Shown piece after piece: positions 20,534-30,071 of a stretch of 64,000 nt of DNA. Below the pieces are notes generated by a model that did no database searches, had not been told where the DNA came from, and saw nothing but the letters and a program-made list of their open reading frames with translations. Source of the stretch: an uncultured bacterium (GTDB lineage Bacteria; Krumholzibacteriota; Krumholzibacteriia; Krumholzibacteriales; Krumholzibacteriaceae); contig CAWBAN010000001.1 of the NCBI GenBank assembly GCA_963786935.1, forward strand, positions 608,001 to 672,000, given 5' to 3'. Made by a program: the position numbers and the translations under genes. Within the stretch, counting starts at the first letter, position 1. Each line of letters begins with the position of its first letter.

Positions 20534-21511
20534 ATGAATATCCTCAGCGTAGACGGCGTCAAGAAGAGCTTCCGAGGCGACATGTCCCTCGCCAGGCGCG
20601 AGGTGCTGCGCGGGGTGTCGTTCCATGCCCGCGAGGGGGAGATCCTCGGATTCCTCGGGCCGAACGGCGCCGGCAAGACCACGACGATCAAGGCGATACT
20701 GGGGCTCATCCGGCCGGACGCGGGGAGCGTCACGATATTCGATTCGGCGCCGGGAAACGCCCGCGCGATGGCGCGCATCGGCTACCTTCCCGAGATCCCG
20801 TATTTCTACCCGCACCTCTCGCTCGCGGAATTCCTCGATTTCTGCGGCCGCGTGAGCGGCGTCGCTCGCGCCGGCCTCGCGGACCGGATCGACCGGGCCG
20901 TCGAGACGGTCGATCTCGCGCCGCATCGGGGGAGGCGGCTCAAGCACTTCTCGAAAGGCATGCTGCAGCGGGCGGGGCTCGCGCAGGCGATTCTCCACGA
21001 TCCGGATCTCTACGTGCTCGACGAACCGTTCTCGGGGCTCGATCCCATCGGACGGAAGCTCGTGCGGGACGTCCTCGTCGACATCAAGAGGCGGGGAAAG
21101 ACGATTTTCTTCTCGTCCCATATTCTGGGTGACCTTGAAACGCTCTGCGACCGCGCGGTCATCATCCGGGACGGCCGCATCGCGAAGACGGTCGAGCTCG
21201 ACGATCTCATGAAAATGGGAGAGGGATCGGTCGAGGTGACCGTTCGCGGCTGGCGGGATCATCTGATGCAGGGCATCAAGCAATACGTCGAATCGGCCCG
21301 GACGACGGGGGAAGACGCCTTTCTCGTCGTGCGGGAGCAGCGGTACGTGCGCCCGGTCATCGAGCGCATATACGAAGGCGGCGCCGAGGTTCTCGCGGTC
21401 GTCAACCGGCACCGTACGCTCGAGAACCTGTTCCTGCGCGAGATCGCCCCCCCGCAGGCGGGGGCGGCGCCGGAGCGGCGCGAAGAGAAAACCGTTATCA
21501 CCGGATTCTAG
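20534..21511 (+). CDS. ABC transporter ATP-binding protein, pilus-associated (Myxococcus PilH / Geobacter Xap-like)
   Basis: GPNGAGKTT, FSKGM signature variant, LDEPFSGLDP, SSH; position after the pilin. Confidence 0.85.
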   Translation: MNILSVDGVKKSFRGDMSLARREVLRGVSFHAREGEILGFLGPNGAGKTTTIKAILGLIRPDAGSVTIFDSAPGNARAMARIGYLPEIPYFYPHLSLAEFLDFCGRVSGVARAGLADRIDRAVETVDLAPHRGRRLKHFSKGMLQRAGLAQAILHDPDLYVLDEPFSGLDPIGRKLVRDVLVDIKRRGKTIFFSSHILGDLETLCDRAVIIRDGRIAKTVELDDLMKMGEGSVEVTVRGWRDHLMQGIKQYVESARTTGEDAFLVVREQRYVRPVIERIYEGGAEVLAVVNRHRTLENLFLREIAPPQAGAAPERREEKTVITGF

Positions 21512-21520
21512 AGGTGTGCC

Positions 21521-22288
21521 GTGAACAAGCTCGCGTGCGTCGCGCTCAACACGTTCAGGGAGTCGATGAGGGAGCGGATCCTCGCGGTCGCGATCCTCTT
21601 CGGCGTGATTCTCATGGCGAGCTCCGTGCTCCTCTCGCCGCTCGCGATCGGGGCGAAGCAGAAGATCGTCATGGACGTGGGGCTCGCCGCCATTTCGATC
21701 ATCGGCGTCCTCATGGCCGTTTTTCTCGGGAGCACGCTCCTCCACAAGGAAATGGACAAGAAGGCGATTTACCTCGTTCTCACGCGTCCGATTCCGCGCC
21801 CGGCGTTCCTCGCCGGCAAGCTCGCCGGCATCGTGCTCGCCATCGCGCTCGTGTTCGCCGTCATGACGGCGGTGATGGTCGGAACGGTCGCGCTCGGCAG
21901 GGGCATCCTGCGTCCCGCCGTCTTCGCGTCCGTGTATCTCTCGTTCCTCGAGGCGGGCGTCGTGTGCTCGATCGTGATGCTCTTCAGCACCTTCACGACC
22001 CCGATGCTCACGTCGTTCTTCGCGCTCTGCATCTTCGCCGCGGGGAGCCTGAGCGGCGATCTCCGCGTGTTCGCCTCGAAGTTCGGGGGAGCGGGCACGA
22101 AGATCGTCACCGACGCGCTCTATTACCTCCTGCCGAATCTCAAGGTTTTCAATCTGCGGCATGAAGCGGTGCACGGCCTCCCCTTCGCGGCGGGGGACAT
22201 CCTGCGCGCCACGATCTATGCGTCCGTATATTCGGCCGTCGCGTTCTTCTTCGCGTGCGCGGTGTTCCGGCGCCGGGAGTTCAAGTAG
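21521..22288 (+). CDS. ABC-2 permease, pilus-associated (PilI-like)
   Basis: NTFRES, EMDKKAIY..RPI.R..FLAGK, LLPNL, FRRREF; six hydrophobic segments. Confidence 0.85.
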   Translation: MNKLACVALNTFRESMRERILAVAILFGVILMASSVLLSPLAIGAKQKIVMDVGLAAISIIGVLMAVFLGSTLLHKEMDKKAIYLVLTRPIPRPAFLAGKLAGIVLAIALVFAVMTAVMVGTVALGRGILRPAVFASVYLSFLEAGVVCSIVMLFSTFTTPMLTSFFALCIFAAGSLSGDLRVFASKFGGAGTKIVTDALYYLLPNLKVFNLRHEAVHGLPFAAGDILRATIYASVYSAVAFFFACAVFRRREFK

Positions 22289-22297
22289 GGGTACGAC

Positions 22298-22972
22298 ATG
22301 AAACGGAAATGGGCCGAGTTCGCCCTCGCCGTCGCGGCGCTCCTCCTGCTCGCCGCGGCTTCCCGCAGCGTCGAGGATCTCGCGCAGCGGAAGCACCGGC
22401 TCGAGGTGCTGTACCTGCCGTCGGGTCAGTTCATCGAGCAGGCGGCGCTCGGGTACCGCGAGCTCGCCGCCGACATTCTCTGGTTCAGGATGATTCAGTA
22501 CTACGGGGGATACCGGATGGGGGAGAACGACCTCGCCCTCTTCACCCATCTCGCCGGGGTCATCACGGACCTCGATCCGCAGTTCACGTACGCGTACATC
22601 TTCGCGGCGATCATCGTCGCGCAGGATCTCGGATCGCTCGAAACGGGAATCGGGTTTCTCGAAAAAGGCATTCGAAACAATCCGGACAACTGGTGGCTCC
22701 AGTTCCAGCTCGGATTCCTGTACTACGTCTACGCGCGCGATTACGATCGGGCGCTCGCCTGCTTCGAGCGGGCCGCGCGCCTGCCCGGCGCGGGCCCCCA
22801 GGCCGCGCGTTTCGCGGCGTTCGTCGCGGCGAAGGCGGGCTACGTCGAGACGAGCATCGCGATGTGGGAGGAGCTCGCCCGCACGTCGGACAACAGGTAC
22901 ATCCGCGAGCTCGCCGAGCGCTACATCGAACGGCTCGAGGCGGGAACGTTTCCCGGGGCGGGAGCGCGATGA
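22298..22972 (+). CDS. Membrane-anchored TPR protein, pilus-associated (PilG/XapA-like)
   Basis: N-terminal TM, ADILWFRMIQYYG, ITDLDPQF, TPR helices. Confidence 0.75.
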   Translation: MKRKWAEFALAVAALLLLAAASRSVEDLAQRKHRLEVLYLPSGQFIEQAALGYRELAADILWFRMIQYYGGYRMGENDLALFTHLAGVITDLDPQFTYAYIFAAIIVAQDLGSLETGIGFLEKGIRNNPDNWWLQFQLGFLYYVYARDYDRALACFERAARLPGAGPQAARFAAFVAAKAGYVETSIAMWEELARTSDNRYIRELAERYIERLEAGTFPGAGAR

Positions 22973-23733
22973 GCGCGATTCCCTACGCATTCGCCGCGCT
23001 GTTGGGCTTCATGGCGGGGAGCTTCCTCAACGTCGTGATCTACCGCGTGCCCCGCGGGCTCTCCGTCGTCGCCCCCCGCTCGTTCTGCCCCGGCTGCCGG
23101 ACGAAGATCCCCTGGTACGAGAACGTTCCCGTGGCGAGCTGGCTCGCGCTGCGGGGCCGCTGCCGCCGGTGCGGCGGGCGCATCGCGATCAGGTATCCGC
23201 TCGTCGAGACGGCGGGCGGGGCGCTCGCCGTCGTCTCGGTGGGCCGGTTCGGCTTCGGCGTCGACGCCGCGTTCGCCTTCGCGTTCCTCATGGCGCTCAC
23301 GGCGATCGCGCTCATCGATTGGGATTTCAGGATCATTCCCGACAGCCTGAGCCTTCCGTTCATCGCCGTCGGGCTCGGCTGGAGCCTCTTGAATCCGGGC
23401 CTCACCCTCGCCGGATCGGCGCTCGGCGCGCTCGCGGGCGGGGGGAGCCTCCTCCTGGTCGGGGCGCTGTACAAGCTCGCGAGGAAAACCGAGGGAATGG
23501 GCGGGGGAGACGTGAAGCTCATGGCGATGATCGGCGCGTTCGTCGGCGTGAAGCTCGTGTTTCCCGTCGTGCTCATCGCGTGCTTCGCGGGGACCGTGTA
23601 CGCCGCCGCCCTCCTCAAATCGGGGAAGGGCGCCAAGACGGCGGTCGCCTTCGGCTCGTTCCTCGCGCCGGCCGCGGCGGTCTGCCTGCTCGTCGGCGAC
23701 CGGCTGCTCAGGTGGTATTTCAAGGGATTCTGA
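22969..23733 (+). CDS. pilD: Prepilin peptidase/N-methyltransferase
   Basis: GSFLNVVIYRVP, two CxxC motifs, catalytic ID and MGGGDVKL, FGSFL. Confidence 0.95.
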   Translation: MSAIPYAFAALLGFMAGSFLNVVIYRVPRGLSVVAPRSFCPGCRTKIPWYENVPVASWLALRGRCRRCGGRIAIRYPLVETAGGALAVVSVGRFGFGVDAAFAFAFLMALTAIALIDWDFRIIPDSLSLPFIAVGLGWSLLNPGLTLAGSALGALAGGGSLLLVGALYKLARKTEGMGGGDVKLMAMIGAFVGVKLVFPVVLIACFAGTVYAAALLKSGKGAKTAVAFGSFLAPAAAVCLLVGDRLLRWYFKGF

Positions 23734-23851
23734 GACAGGGCACTTTGCATGGGAATTGCGCAATACGGCAGACGGGCCGCCGCGGCATGCGGCGCATTAA
23801 CGCAATCTGCTGTAATTACATAACTTGAATGCGGAGAGGCTTTCTCTTCAT

Positions 23852-23866
23852 TGGCACGCTTGTTGC
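23852..23866 (+). promoter_or_regulatory. sigma54 promoter of pilMNOPQ
   Basis: TGGCAC-GCTTG-TTGC, perfect consensus. Confidence 0.85.
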
Positions 23867-23979
23867 GTGATTGGACCAATCGAGGCGATAGGACTTAAAT
23901 AGCCAGTCTGTCTTTGCACGAATAGGCGATATCAAAACGAGTCGTTCACGCCGGGGTTCTGGAAAAGGTTGGTGCGACG

Positions 23980-25062
23980 ATGATCTCTTTACCCTTCCTC
24001 AAGCGAAAAGGCTCCACGGTCGGGCTCGACATCGGTTCGAGCCACGTCAAGGTCATCGAGATCGATCACTCGGGCTCGAGGCCGAAGGTCACCCATTTCG
24101 GCCTGACGGCGCTGCCGCCCGAGGCGATCGTCGAGGGTGAGATCATGGACCGCGATCTCGTGATCGCGGGCATCAAGGAATGCATCGAGAAGGCGGGTGT
24201 GACGTCCACGTCGGTCGTTTCCGCGATCTCCGGACGCGCCGTGATCGTGAAGAAGGTCGTCATGGACAAGATGTCGTCCGACGACGCGCAGGAGGCGATC
24301 TTCTGGGAAGCGGAGCAGCACGTGCCGTTCGACATCGACGACGTCTGTCTCGATTTTCAGATCCTCAAGGACGACATCGGCGCGAACCAGATGGAGGTCC
24401 TCCTCGTCGCGGCGAAGAAGGACATGATCAACACGCACGCGAACCTGATCAGGGACGCCGGATTCAGCCCCGCCATCATCGACGTCGACTCGTTCGCCGT
24501 GCAGAACTGCTTCCAGACCGGCCGCGCCATCGAGTCCGACGACGGCGTCAAAAAGGTCATCGGCCTCATCAACATCGGAAGCAACGTCACCAACATCAAT
24601 ATCATCCAGGACGCGAGCCCTCATTTCACGCGCGATATCAGCATCGGGAGCAACAACTTCGCGGAAACGATCCAGAAGGAGCTCGAGGTCGATTACGAGG
24701 AGGCGCAGCGGATCATCTCCGGCGAGCTCGGCAGCCGCGATCCCAAAAAGATCCGGGAGCTCGTCGGGATGGCGTCGAAGGACCTCTCGCTCGGCATCGA
24801 GCGCAGCGTCGCGTTCCTGAAGGCGTCGGGGGACGCCGACAAGATCGACGAGCTCGTGCTGAGCGGCGGCGGCGCCAATATCCCGTTCCTCAAGGAGATT
24901 CTTGCGGAGAAGCACGGCGTTGAACTCTCAATACACAATCCCCTCGCGGGAATCGATTATGAAGCGGGGGTGTTCGGCGAGCACGAGGCCGAGATCGAAA
25001 GGATCGCGCCGTTGCTCACCGTGGGCATCGGTCTCGCTCTGAGAAAGGCGGGAAGAGAATGA
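23980..25062 (+). CDS. pilM: Type IV pilus assembly protein, actin-like
   Basis: VGLDIGS, EAEQHVPF, LVAAKK, IDVDSFA, LSGGGA, GLALR. Confidence 0.95.
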   Translation: MISLPFLKRKGSTVGLDIGSSHVKVIEIDHSGSRPKVTHFGLTALPPEAIVEGEIMDRDLVIAGIKECIEKAGVTSTSVVSAISGRAVIVKKVVMDKMSSDDAQEAIFWEAEQHVPFDIDDVCLDFQILKDDIGANQMEVLLVAAKKDMINTHANLIRDAGFSPAIIDVDSFAVQNCFQTGRAIESDDGVKKVIGLINIGSNVTNINIIQDASPHFTRDISIGSNNFAETIQKELEVDYEEAQRIISGELGSRDPKKIRELVGMASKDLSLGIERSVAFLKASGDADKIDELVLSGGGANIPFLKEILAEKHGVELSIHNPLAGIDYEAGVFGEHEAEIERIAPLLTVGIGLALRKAGRE

Positions 25063-25613
25063 TCAAGATCAACCTGTTGCCGCGCGAGGAACGGATCAAG
25101 CGGCGCGAATTCAAGCTTCCCCAGATGTCGACCATCTACATGTTCGGGGGGGTGGCGGTCTTTGTGGGCGCGATGCTCTTTACGGGGATCGTTCAGACCC
25201 ACAAGATCAAGGCGCTCGAGGCGAAGATCACGGCGGCGAACGAGGAATCGAAGAAGCTCGCGCCGCAGCTCGCGAAGATCAAGCAGATCACCAAGGAGCG
25301 CGAGGAAGTCGACCGCCGGCTCGGCATCATCGCCGATCTCGACCGGTACCGCTACTTCCGCGTGAAGCTCCTCAACGACGTGAGCTTCAATCTCCCGGTG
25401 AACTGCTGGCTGACGGGATTGTCGGAAATCTCGCCGAATTCGTTCGCCATCGACGGGGTCGCCTTCTCGAACTACACGGTCGCCGACATGATGACGAACC
25501 TGGAGACGTCGTCGGCGGTATCGAGAGTCGATCTCCGGGTCGCCGAGAGGGGAAAGATCAACGAACGAGAAGTGATGAAGTTCAAGCTCGTCGCCAACGT
25601 GGTGCCGCAATAG
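25059..25613 (+). CDS. pilN: Type IV pilus assembly protein
   Basis: N-terminal INLLP motif, TM helix, coiled coil. Confidence 0.93.
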   Translation: MIKINLLPREERIKRREFKLPQMSTIYMFGGVAVFVGAMLFTGIVQTHKIKALEAKITAANEESKKLAPQLAKIKQITKEREEVDRRLGIIADLDRYRYFRVKLLNDVSFNLPVNCWLTGLSEISPNSFAIDGVAFSNYTVADMMTNLETSSAVSRVDLRVAERGKINEREVMKFKLVANVVPQ

Positions 25614-25634
25614 CGCAAAGAGAGGGCCCAAACT

Positions 25635-26288
25635 ATGGATTTCAAAGATCCTCAGGTACAAAAGGGAATCATCGTGGGAATACTCTGTATCATGATCGGA
25701 TACGTGTATTTCTTCACGTCGTTCATGCCCTTTTTCCACCATCCGATGCGCGCGAAGATCTCCTCGCTCTCGTCCGAGTACGAGAAGATGAGCGCGGAGC
25801 TCGAGAAGGCGCGGAAGACGGTGGGAAACCTCGCGAAGCTCGAGGCCGAGTACAACCGGCTCCACGACAAGTGGGTCGCCGCCCAGGGGCTCCTTCCGAA
25901 GGACAAGGAGGTCGCCGACCTGCTCAGGAAGGTGACCCGCATCGGGAGCCAGGCCGGAATCGATTTTCTGCTGTTCGAGCCGCAGGAGCCGATACAGCGG
26001 GAGTTCATCACCGAGAATCCCGTCCGGGTGAGGGTCCGCGGCGAATATCACCAGCTCGGCATATTCCTCTCCAAGGTCGCGAACCTCGAGCGCATCGTGA
26101 ACGTGTCGAATCTCGCGGTCAAACCGGGGGACGACAAGCAGGGCGGCGCCAACGACCGTGCGGTTCGGAGCTACACTGTTGAAGCTGAATTGATATTGAC
26201 GGCGTATACGCTCGTGGAAGGTGGTGAGACGAGCAATGAGAAGGCGAACGAAAAGCCCCAGCAGAAAGCGAACGCTTCGAATTCCTGA
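25635..26288 (+). CDS. pilO: Type IV pilus assembly protein
   Basis: TM and coiled coil, LLPKDKEVADLL, GEYHQLGIF..VANLERIV. Confidence 0.92.
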   Translation: MDFKDPQVQKGIIVGILCIMIGYVYFFTSFMPFFHHPMRAKISSLSSEYEKMSAELEKARKTVGNLAKLEAEYNRLHDKWVAAQGLLPKDKEVADLLRKVTRIGSQAGIDFLLFEPQEPIQREFITENPVRVRVRGEYHQLGIFLSKVANLERIVNVSNLAVKPGDDKQGGANDRAVRSYTVEAELILTAYTLVEGGETSNEKANEKPQQKANASNS

Positions 26289-26796
26289 GACCGCGTGGAA
26301 GGTCCTCTGGGGACTGACCATCACGGGCCTGTTTCTCTTCCCGGCGCTTGTGAACGTGAGGGCGCAGGAGGCGGCACCGGCGAAGTCCGATACGGCGGCG
26401 CAGCCGGCTCCGGCGGCTCCGGCGGACACGACGGCGCTCGCGCAGGCCGCGGGCGACGGGATCACGCTGCGGGAAAAGGTTTTCTACTATCAGGCCTTCA
26501 ACCAACGGGACCCCTTCCAGAGCTTGATGGCGGGCGAATTTGAGGAGTCGGGCGAGCTCGACATCGTCGACATCTACAGCGTGAAGCTCGTCGGCGTGCT
26601 CGCGGGCGGCATGGAGAAATTCGCCATGCTCGAGGACAACAACGGATATTCGTACATCATGAAGGCGGGCGATCCGATCCGGAACGGCAACATCGTCTCC
26701 GTGAGCGATCGGGCGCTCGTCGCGCGGGTTTCATTATTCGGACAGACGAGTACGGTAACCCTCCGGCTGGAGGAGAAGAAGAGCAAAGGAGAATAA
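26236..26796 (+). CDS. pilP: Type IV pilus assembly protein (PilP-like)
   Basis: RDPF motif, KLVGV, beta-rich C-terminus; between pilO and pilQ. Confidence 0.8.
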   Translation: MRRRTKSPSRKRTLRIPETAWKVLWGLTITGLFLFPALVNVRAQEAAPAKSDTAAQPAPAAPADTTALAQAAGDGITLREKVFYYQAFNQRDPFQSLMAGEFEESGELDIVDIYSVKLVGVLAGGMEKFAMLEDNNGYSYIMKAGDPIRNGNIVSVSDRALVARVSLFGQTSTVTLRLEEKKSKGE

Positions 26797-26798
26797 CA

Positions 26799-28856
26799 AT
26801 GCTCGGGATCAGCAGACGAACGTTGATTGCCTGTTCCATCCTGGCGCTGCTCGTGCCGGTCGTCGCCGCGGGCGCCGCCGAAAACGAGATCAACGGCGTG
26901 AATGTCGTCCCGCTGGATGGAAAGGTCAGACTCGAGATCATCAAGGCGGGCAGCGTCACCTTCGACGCGTTCGTGATGAGCGAACCTCATCGCCTCGTGG
27001 TCAACTGCGTCGGCGCGAAATTCAACGTGCCGTGGCAGGTGAAGGATGTCGGGAGCCCGCTGGCGAGCAAAGTCCGGACGAGCCAGTTCCAGCTCGCCCC
27101 GCTCCTGATCAGCCGCGTCGTGCTCGATCTGTCGACGCCGGTCGATTACCGGATGTGGGACGAGAACGGCATACAGGTGGTCGAGGTGACGAGGCGCGCG
27201 CCTCAGACGCTCGGCGCCGGCATGCAGGAGAGCCCCGCGGTCATGGATCCGCTCCCCGAGCCTCCGAAGACCGCGGAGAAGGCCGTCGCGAGCGAGACGC
27301 CGGTGACGCCCGACGAGGCGAACCGGCTCCTCGCGCAGGCCTCCATGGGCCCGTTCCTCCCGTACCTGCCGAATGCGGCGTCGGGCGAAACGGCGCAGCC
27401 GGCGGAGACCGTTCAGCCCACTGAGACGGCGCAGCCCGCCGAGAAGCAGATCTCCGGCGCGGTTGAAGCGAGCGCTCCGGCGGCCGCGGCAGCGGCCCCG
27501 GCGGAGCCGCCGTCCCCGTGGATCGCGGGAGAGAGCGCGAGGAAAGCCGAGCCGGCCGACAACTTCAATTTCTATGCGACGGAGGACGCGGCGTACTCGC
27601 CCCTCTCCGAAAACGAGGATACGCCCCCGGCGGCCGCTCCCCGGTCCGAACGCTACGCGCGCGGCAATCCCGCGGCCGGCGGCGGCAGGGGGATGGGCTC
27701 GAATCGCATCACGATCGACGCCCAGGGCGCCGATATCAAGACCGTGCTCCGCACGATCGCCGATTACTCGGGCAAGAACATCGTGTACGGCCCCGACGTG
27801 AAGGGCGAAGTGTACCTCCATATCAAGGACGTTCCGTGGGAGGAAGCGCTCGACATCATCCTGCGCGCGCACGGCTTCGGCTACCGCGAGGAGTTCGGCA
27901 TGATCCGGGTGAGCGATCTTTCGAAGCTCACCAAGGAGGAGCTCGAGCTCCAGACGGCCGAGCGCAAGAAAGACGATCTCCTTCCGCTCGTGACGCGGAT
28001 CATATTCGTGAACAACTCGAGCGCCGAAGAGCTCAAGAACGCGCTCCAGAACATCAGCTCCCAGCGCGGCAAGATCGACGTCGATCTCGGCAGCAACGCC
28101 CTCATCGTGAACGACACCGAGCCGGTCATCGACAAGATCGCCGAGATGGTCAAGACGCTCGACAAGAAGACGTTCCAGGTCGACATCAACGCGAAGCTCG
28201 TCGAGGTGGACGTCGAAGCCACGCGCGAGCTCGGCATCAGCTGGGGGCTCCTCAATCTTCACGCGGGAGGCGTCAGCGGCATCGGGAGCATGGAGGTCAA
28301 CAATCCGATCGCGCAGTCGGCCGGTACGGTCAAGTTCGGGACGGTGCGCTCGTGGGGAGAGCTGAACGTCGTGCTCGAGATGCTCGAGCGGACGAACAAG
28401 GCGAACATCATCTCCAATCCGCGCATCACGACGATGGACAACCGGGAAGCCCGGATTCTCGTCGGCAAGGAGATCCCGCTCATCGTCGCCGACGAAGCGG
28501 GCAACCCGATCACCGAGCTGACGAAGATCGGCATCATGCTCAAGGTCACCCCGCACGTGAACTCGGACCGGACGATCACGCTCGACATGCACCCCGAGGT
28601 GAGCGAGCTCCAGTCCGAAGCGACCGCGCAGGGCGGCATCATCATCTCGACGAGCGAGGCTGACACGCGCGTCGTCGTGCAGAACGGCGCGACGGCCGTC
28701 ATCGGCGGACTGATCAAGAACGTGCAGACGAACGTGAGGACCGGCGTCCCGTACCTCAAGGACGTGCCGTTCCTCGGGCGGCTCTTCTCGTCGAGCTCCA
28801 TGGCCGACAAGAAGCAGGAGCTCGTGATCTTCGTGACGCCGACGATCGTCGAATAG
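26799..28856 (+). CDS. pilQ: Type IV pilus secretin with AMIN domain
   Basis: Signal peptide, AMIN-like domain, VPWEEALD, secretin core (GIMLKVTPHV, VIGGL, VPYLKDVPFLGRLF, ELVIFVTP). Confidence 0.95.
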   Translation: MLGISRRTLIACSILALLVPVVAAGAAENEINGVNVVPLDGKVRLEIIKAGSVTFDAFVMSEPHRLVVNCVGAKFNVPWQVKDVGSPLASKVRTSQFQLAPLLISRVVLDLSTPVDYRMWDENGIQVVEVTRRAPQTLGAGMQESPAVMDPLPEPPKTAEKAVASETPVTPDEANRLLAQASMGPFLPYLPNAASGETAQPAETVQPTETAQPAEKQISGAVEASAPAAAAAAPAEPPSPWIAGESARKAEPADNFNFYATEDAAYSPLSENEDTPPAAAPRSERYARGNPAAGGGRGMGSNRITIDAQGADIKTVLRTIADYSGKNIVYGPDVKGEVYLHIKDVPWEEALDIILRAHGFGYREEFGMIRVSDLSKLTKEELELQTAERKKDDLLPLVTRIIFVNNSSAEELKNALQNISSQRGKIDVDLGSNALIVNDTEPVIDKIAEMVKTLDKKTFQVDINAKLVEVDVEATRELGISWGLLNLHAGGVSGIGSMEVNNPIAQSAGTVKFGTVRSWGELNVVLEMLERTNKANIISNPRITTMDNREARILVGKEIPLIVADEAGNPITELTKIGIMLKVTPHVNSDRTITLDMHPEVSELQSEATAQGGIIISTSEADTRVVVQNGATAVIGGLIKNVQTNVRTGVPYLKDVPFLGRLFSSSSMADKKQELVIFVTPTIVE
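27387..27440 (+). repeat. 3 x 18-bp in-frame tandem repeat (ETAQPA-type) in the PilQ linker
   Basis: gaaacggcgcagccggcg / gagaccgttcagcccact / gagacggcgcagcccgcc. Confidence 0.75.
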
Positions 28857-28883
28857 CATCGATTCCCCTCCACTCACCGTGGA

Positions 28884-28922
28884 CCCCCCGGAGGAGTTCC
28901 GAACTTCCTCCGGGGGATTTTT
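28884..28922 (+). terminator. Rho-independent terminator after pilQ
   Basis: CCCCCGGAGGAGTT..AACTTCCTCCGGGGG hairpin followed by ATTTTT. Confidence 0.85.
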
Positions 28923-28923
28923 C

Positions 28924-28952
28924 TTGCCCGCCGCCCGCCGATTCTCTATGCT
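28924..28952 (+). promoter_or_regulatory. Putative sigma70 promoter for rsmD-coaD
   Basis: TTGCCC, 17-nt spacer, TATGCT. Confidence 0.55.
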
Positions 28953-28998
28953 GAACTCCGTAACATCGTTCATCGAACAACGTACGCACGAGGTTCGC

Positions 28999-29601
28999 GT
29001 GAGAGTCATCGCGGGATCGAAAAAGGGCATCGAGCTGCGCGGCGGCCATGGGCCGTTTTTCCGGCCGACGCAGCAGCTCGTCAAGGGATCCATCTTCGAC
29101 ACGATCGGCTTCGAGGTCGAGGGGGCGAGCATCCTCGATCTGTTCGCCGGCTCGGGCGCCGTGGGGATCGAGGGCCTGAGCAGGGGGGCCTCGCGCGCCG
29201 TGTTCGTGGAACAGGACCATCGGAGCCTGAAAGCGCTGCGAACGAATCTCGAGCGGTGCGGCTTCGGGCGCGAAGCGGCGGAGGTCCGCATCGGGGACGC
29301 CGTTCGATACGTCGAGCGGGCCGCGGCGAGCGGGGAGCGGTTCGATATCATCTTCGCCGATCCTCCGTACGCCGCGAAGACCGCGGCGCAGCGCGTCGTG
29401 GATGCGGTCGGAAACGCCGCCGCGGCGATCTGCCGCGTGCTCGTCATCGAGCACGCCGGTCCCGTCTTCGCCGCGGCGGGAGGAGCCCTGGAGCTCCTGA
29501 AGGCCCGGCGCTTCGGACAGACGACGGTTTCGTATTTCCGGTACCGGAAGGAGGCTGACGGCGGTGAAGGGAAAGATCGCCCTCTACCCGGGGACGTTTG
29601 A
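28999..29601 (+). CDS. rsmD: 16S rRNA (guanine966-N2) methyltransferase
   Basis: VRVIAG, RPT, LDLFAGSGAVGIEGLSRGA, DPPY; adjacent to coaD. Confidence 0.9.
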   Translation: MRVIAGSKKGIELRGGHGPFFRPTQQLVKGSIFDTIGFEVEGASILDLFAGSGAVGIEGLSRGASRAVFVEQDHRSLKALRTNLERCGFGREAAEVRIGDAVRYVERAAASGERFDIIFADPPYAAKTAAQRVVDAVGNAAAAICRVLVIEHAGPVFAAAGGALELLKARRFGQTTVSYFRYRKEADGGEGKDRPLPGDV

Positions 29602-30049
29602 TCCGGTGACGAACGGCCACGTCGATCTCGTGCGGCGGGCCGCGATGATATTCGACCGGGTGATCGTCGCGGTGGCGCAGGGGGTGCACAAGAACACGTT
29701 CCTCACCCTCGAGCAGCGGCGTCAGCTCGTCGCCGAGGCGGTCGAGGGAATCGCGGGCGTCGAGGTCGTCTCGTTCGCCGGGCTTCTCGTCGAGGAGTTC
29801 CGGACGCGAAAGGTCGACGTCGTGATCCGGGGCCTCCGGGCGGTGTCCGATTTCGAGTACGAGCTCATGATCGCGCTCATCAACCGGAAGCTCGACCCCG
29901 AGTTCGAAACCGTGTTTCTCATGCCGAGCGAGCAGTACATCTATCTTCACAGCTCTCTGGTAAAGGAGATCTACCAGCTCGGCGGCGAGATCGGCTGTCT
30001 TGTCCCGCCGAGCGTTCCGAAGAGACTCAAGGAATGGGGAATCAAATAG
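29564..30049 (+). CDS. coaD: Pantetheine-phosphate adenylyltransferase
   Basis: YPGTFDPVTNGH, IRGLRAVSDFEYE, SSLVKE. Confidence 0.97.
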   Translation: MKGKIALYPGTFDPVTNGHVDLVRRAAMIFDRVIVAVAQGVHKNTFLTLEQRRQLVAEAVEGIAGVEVVSFAGLLVEEFRTRKVDVVIRGLRAVSDFEYELMIALINRKLDPEFETVFLMPSEQYIYLHSSLVKEIYQLGGEIGCLVPPSVPKRLKEWGIK

Positions 30050-30071
30050 ATCGATCAAAGGAGGATCGAAC

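Noticed and set aside
19364..22990. 1208-aa minus-strand ORF and other long antisense or alternate-frame ORFs (e.g. 14850-17663, 26574-29447, 30042-32576, 58084-60564)
   Set aside because: Shadow ORFs opposite clearly identified genes; expected with high GC3 and show no domain motifs.
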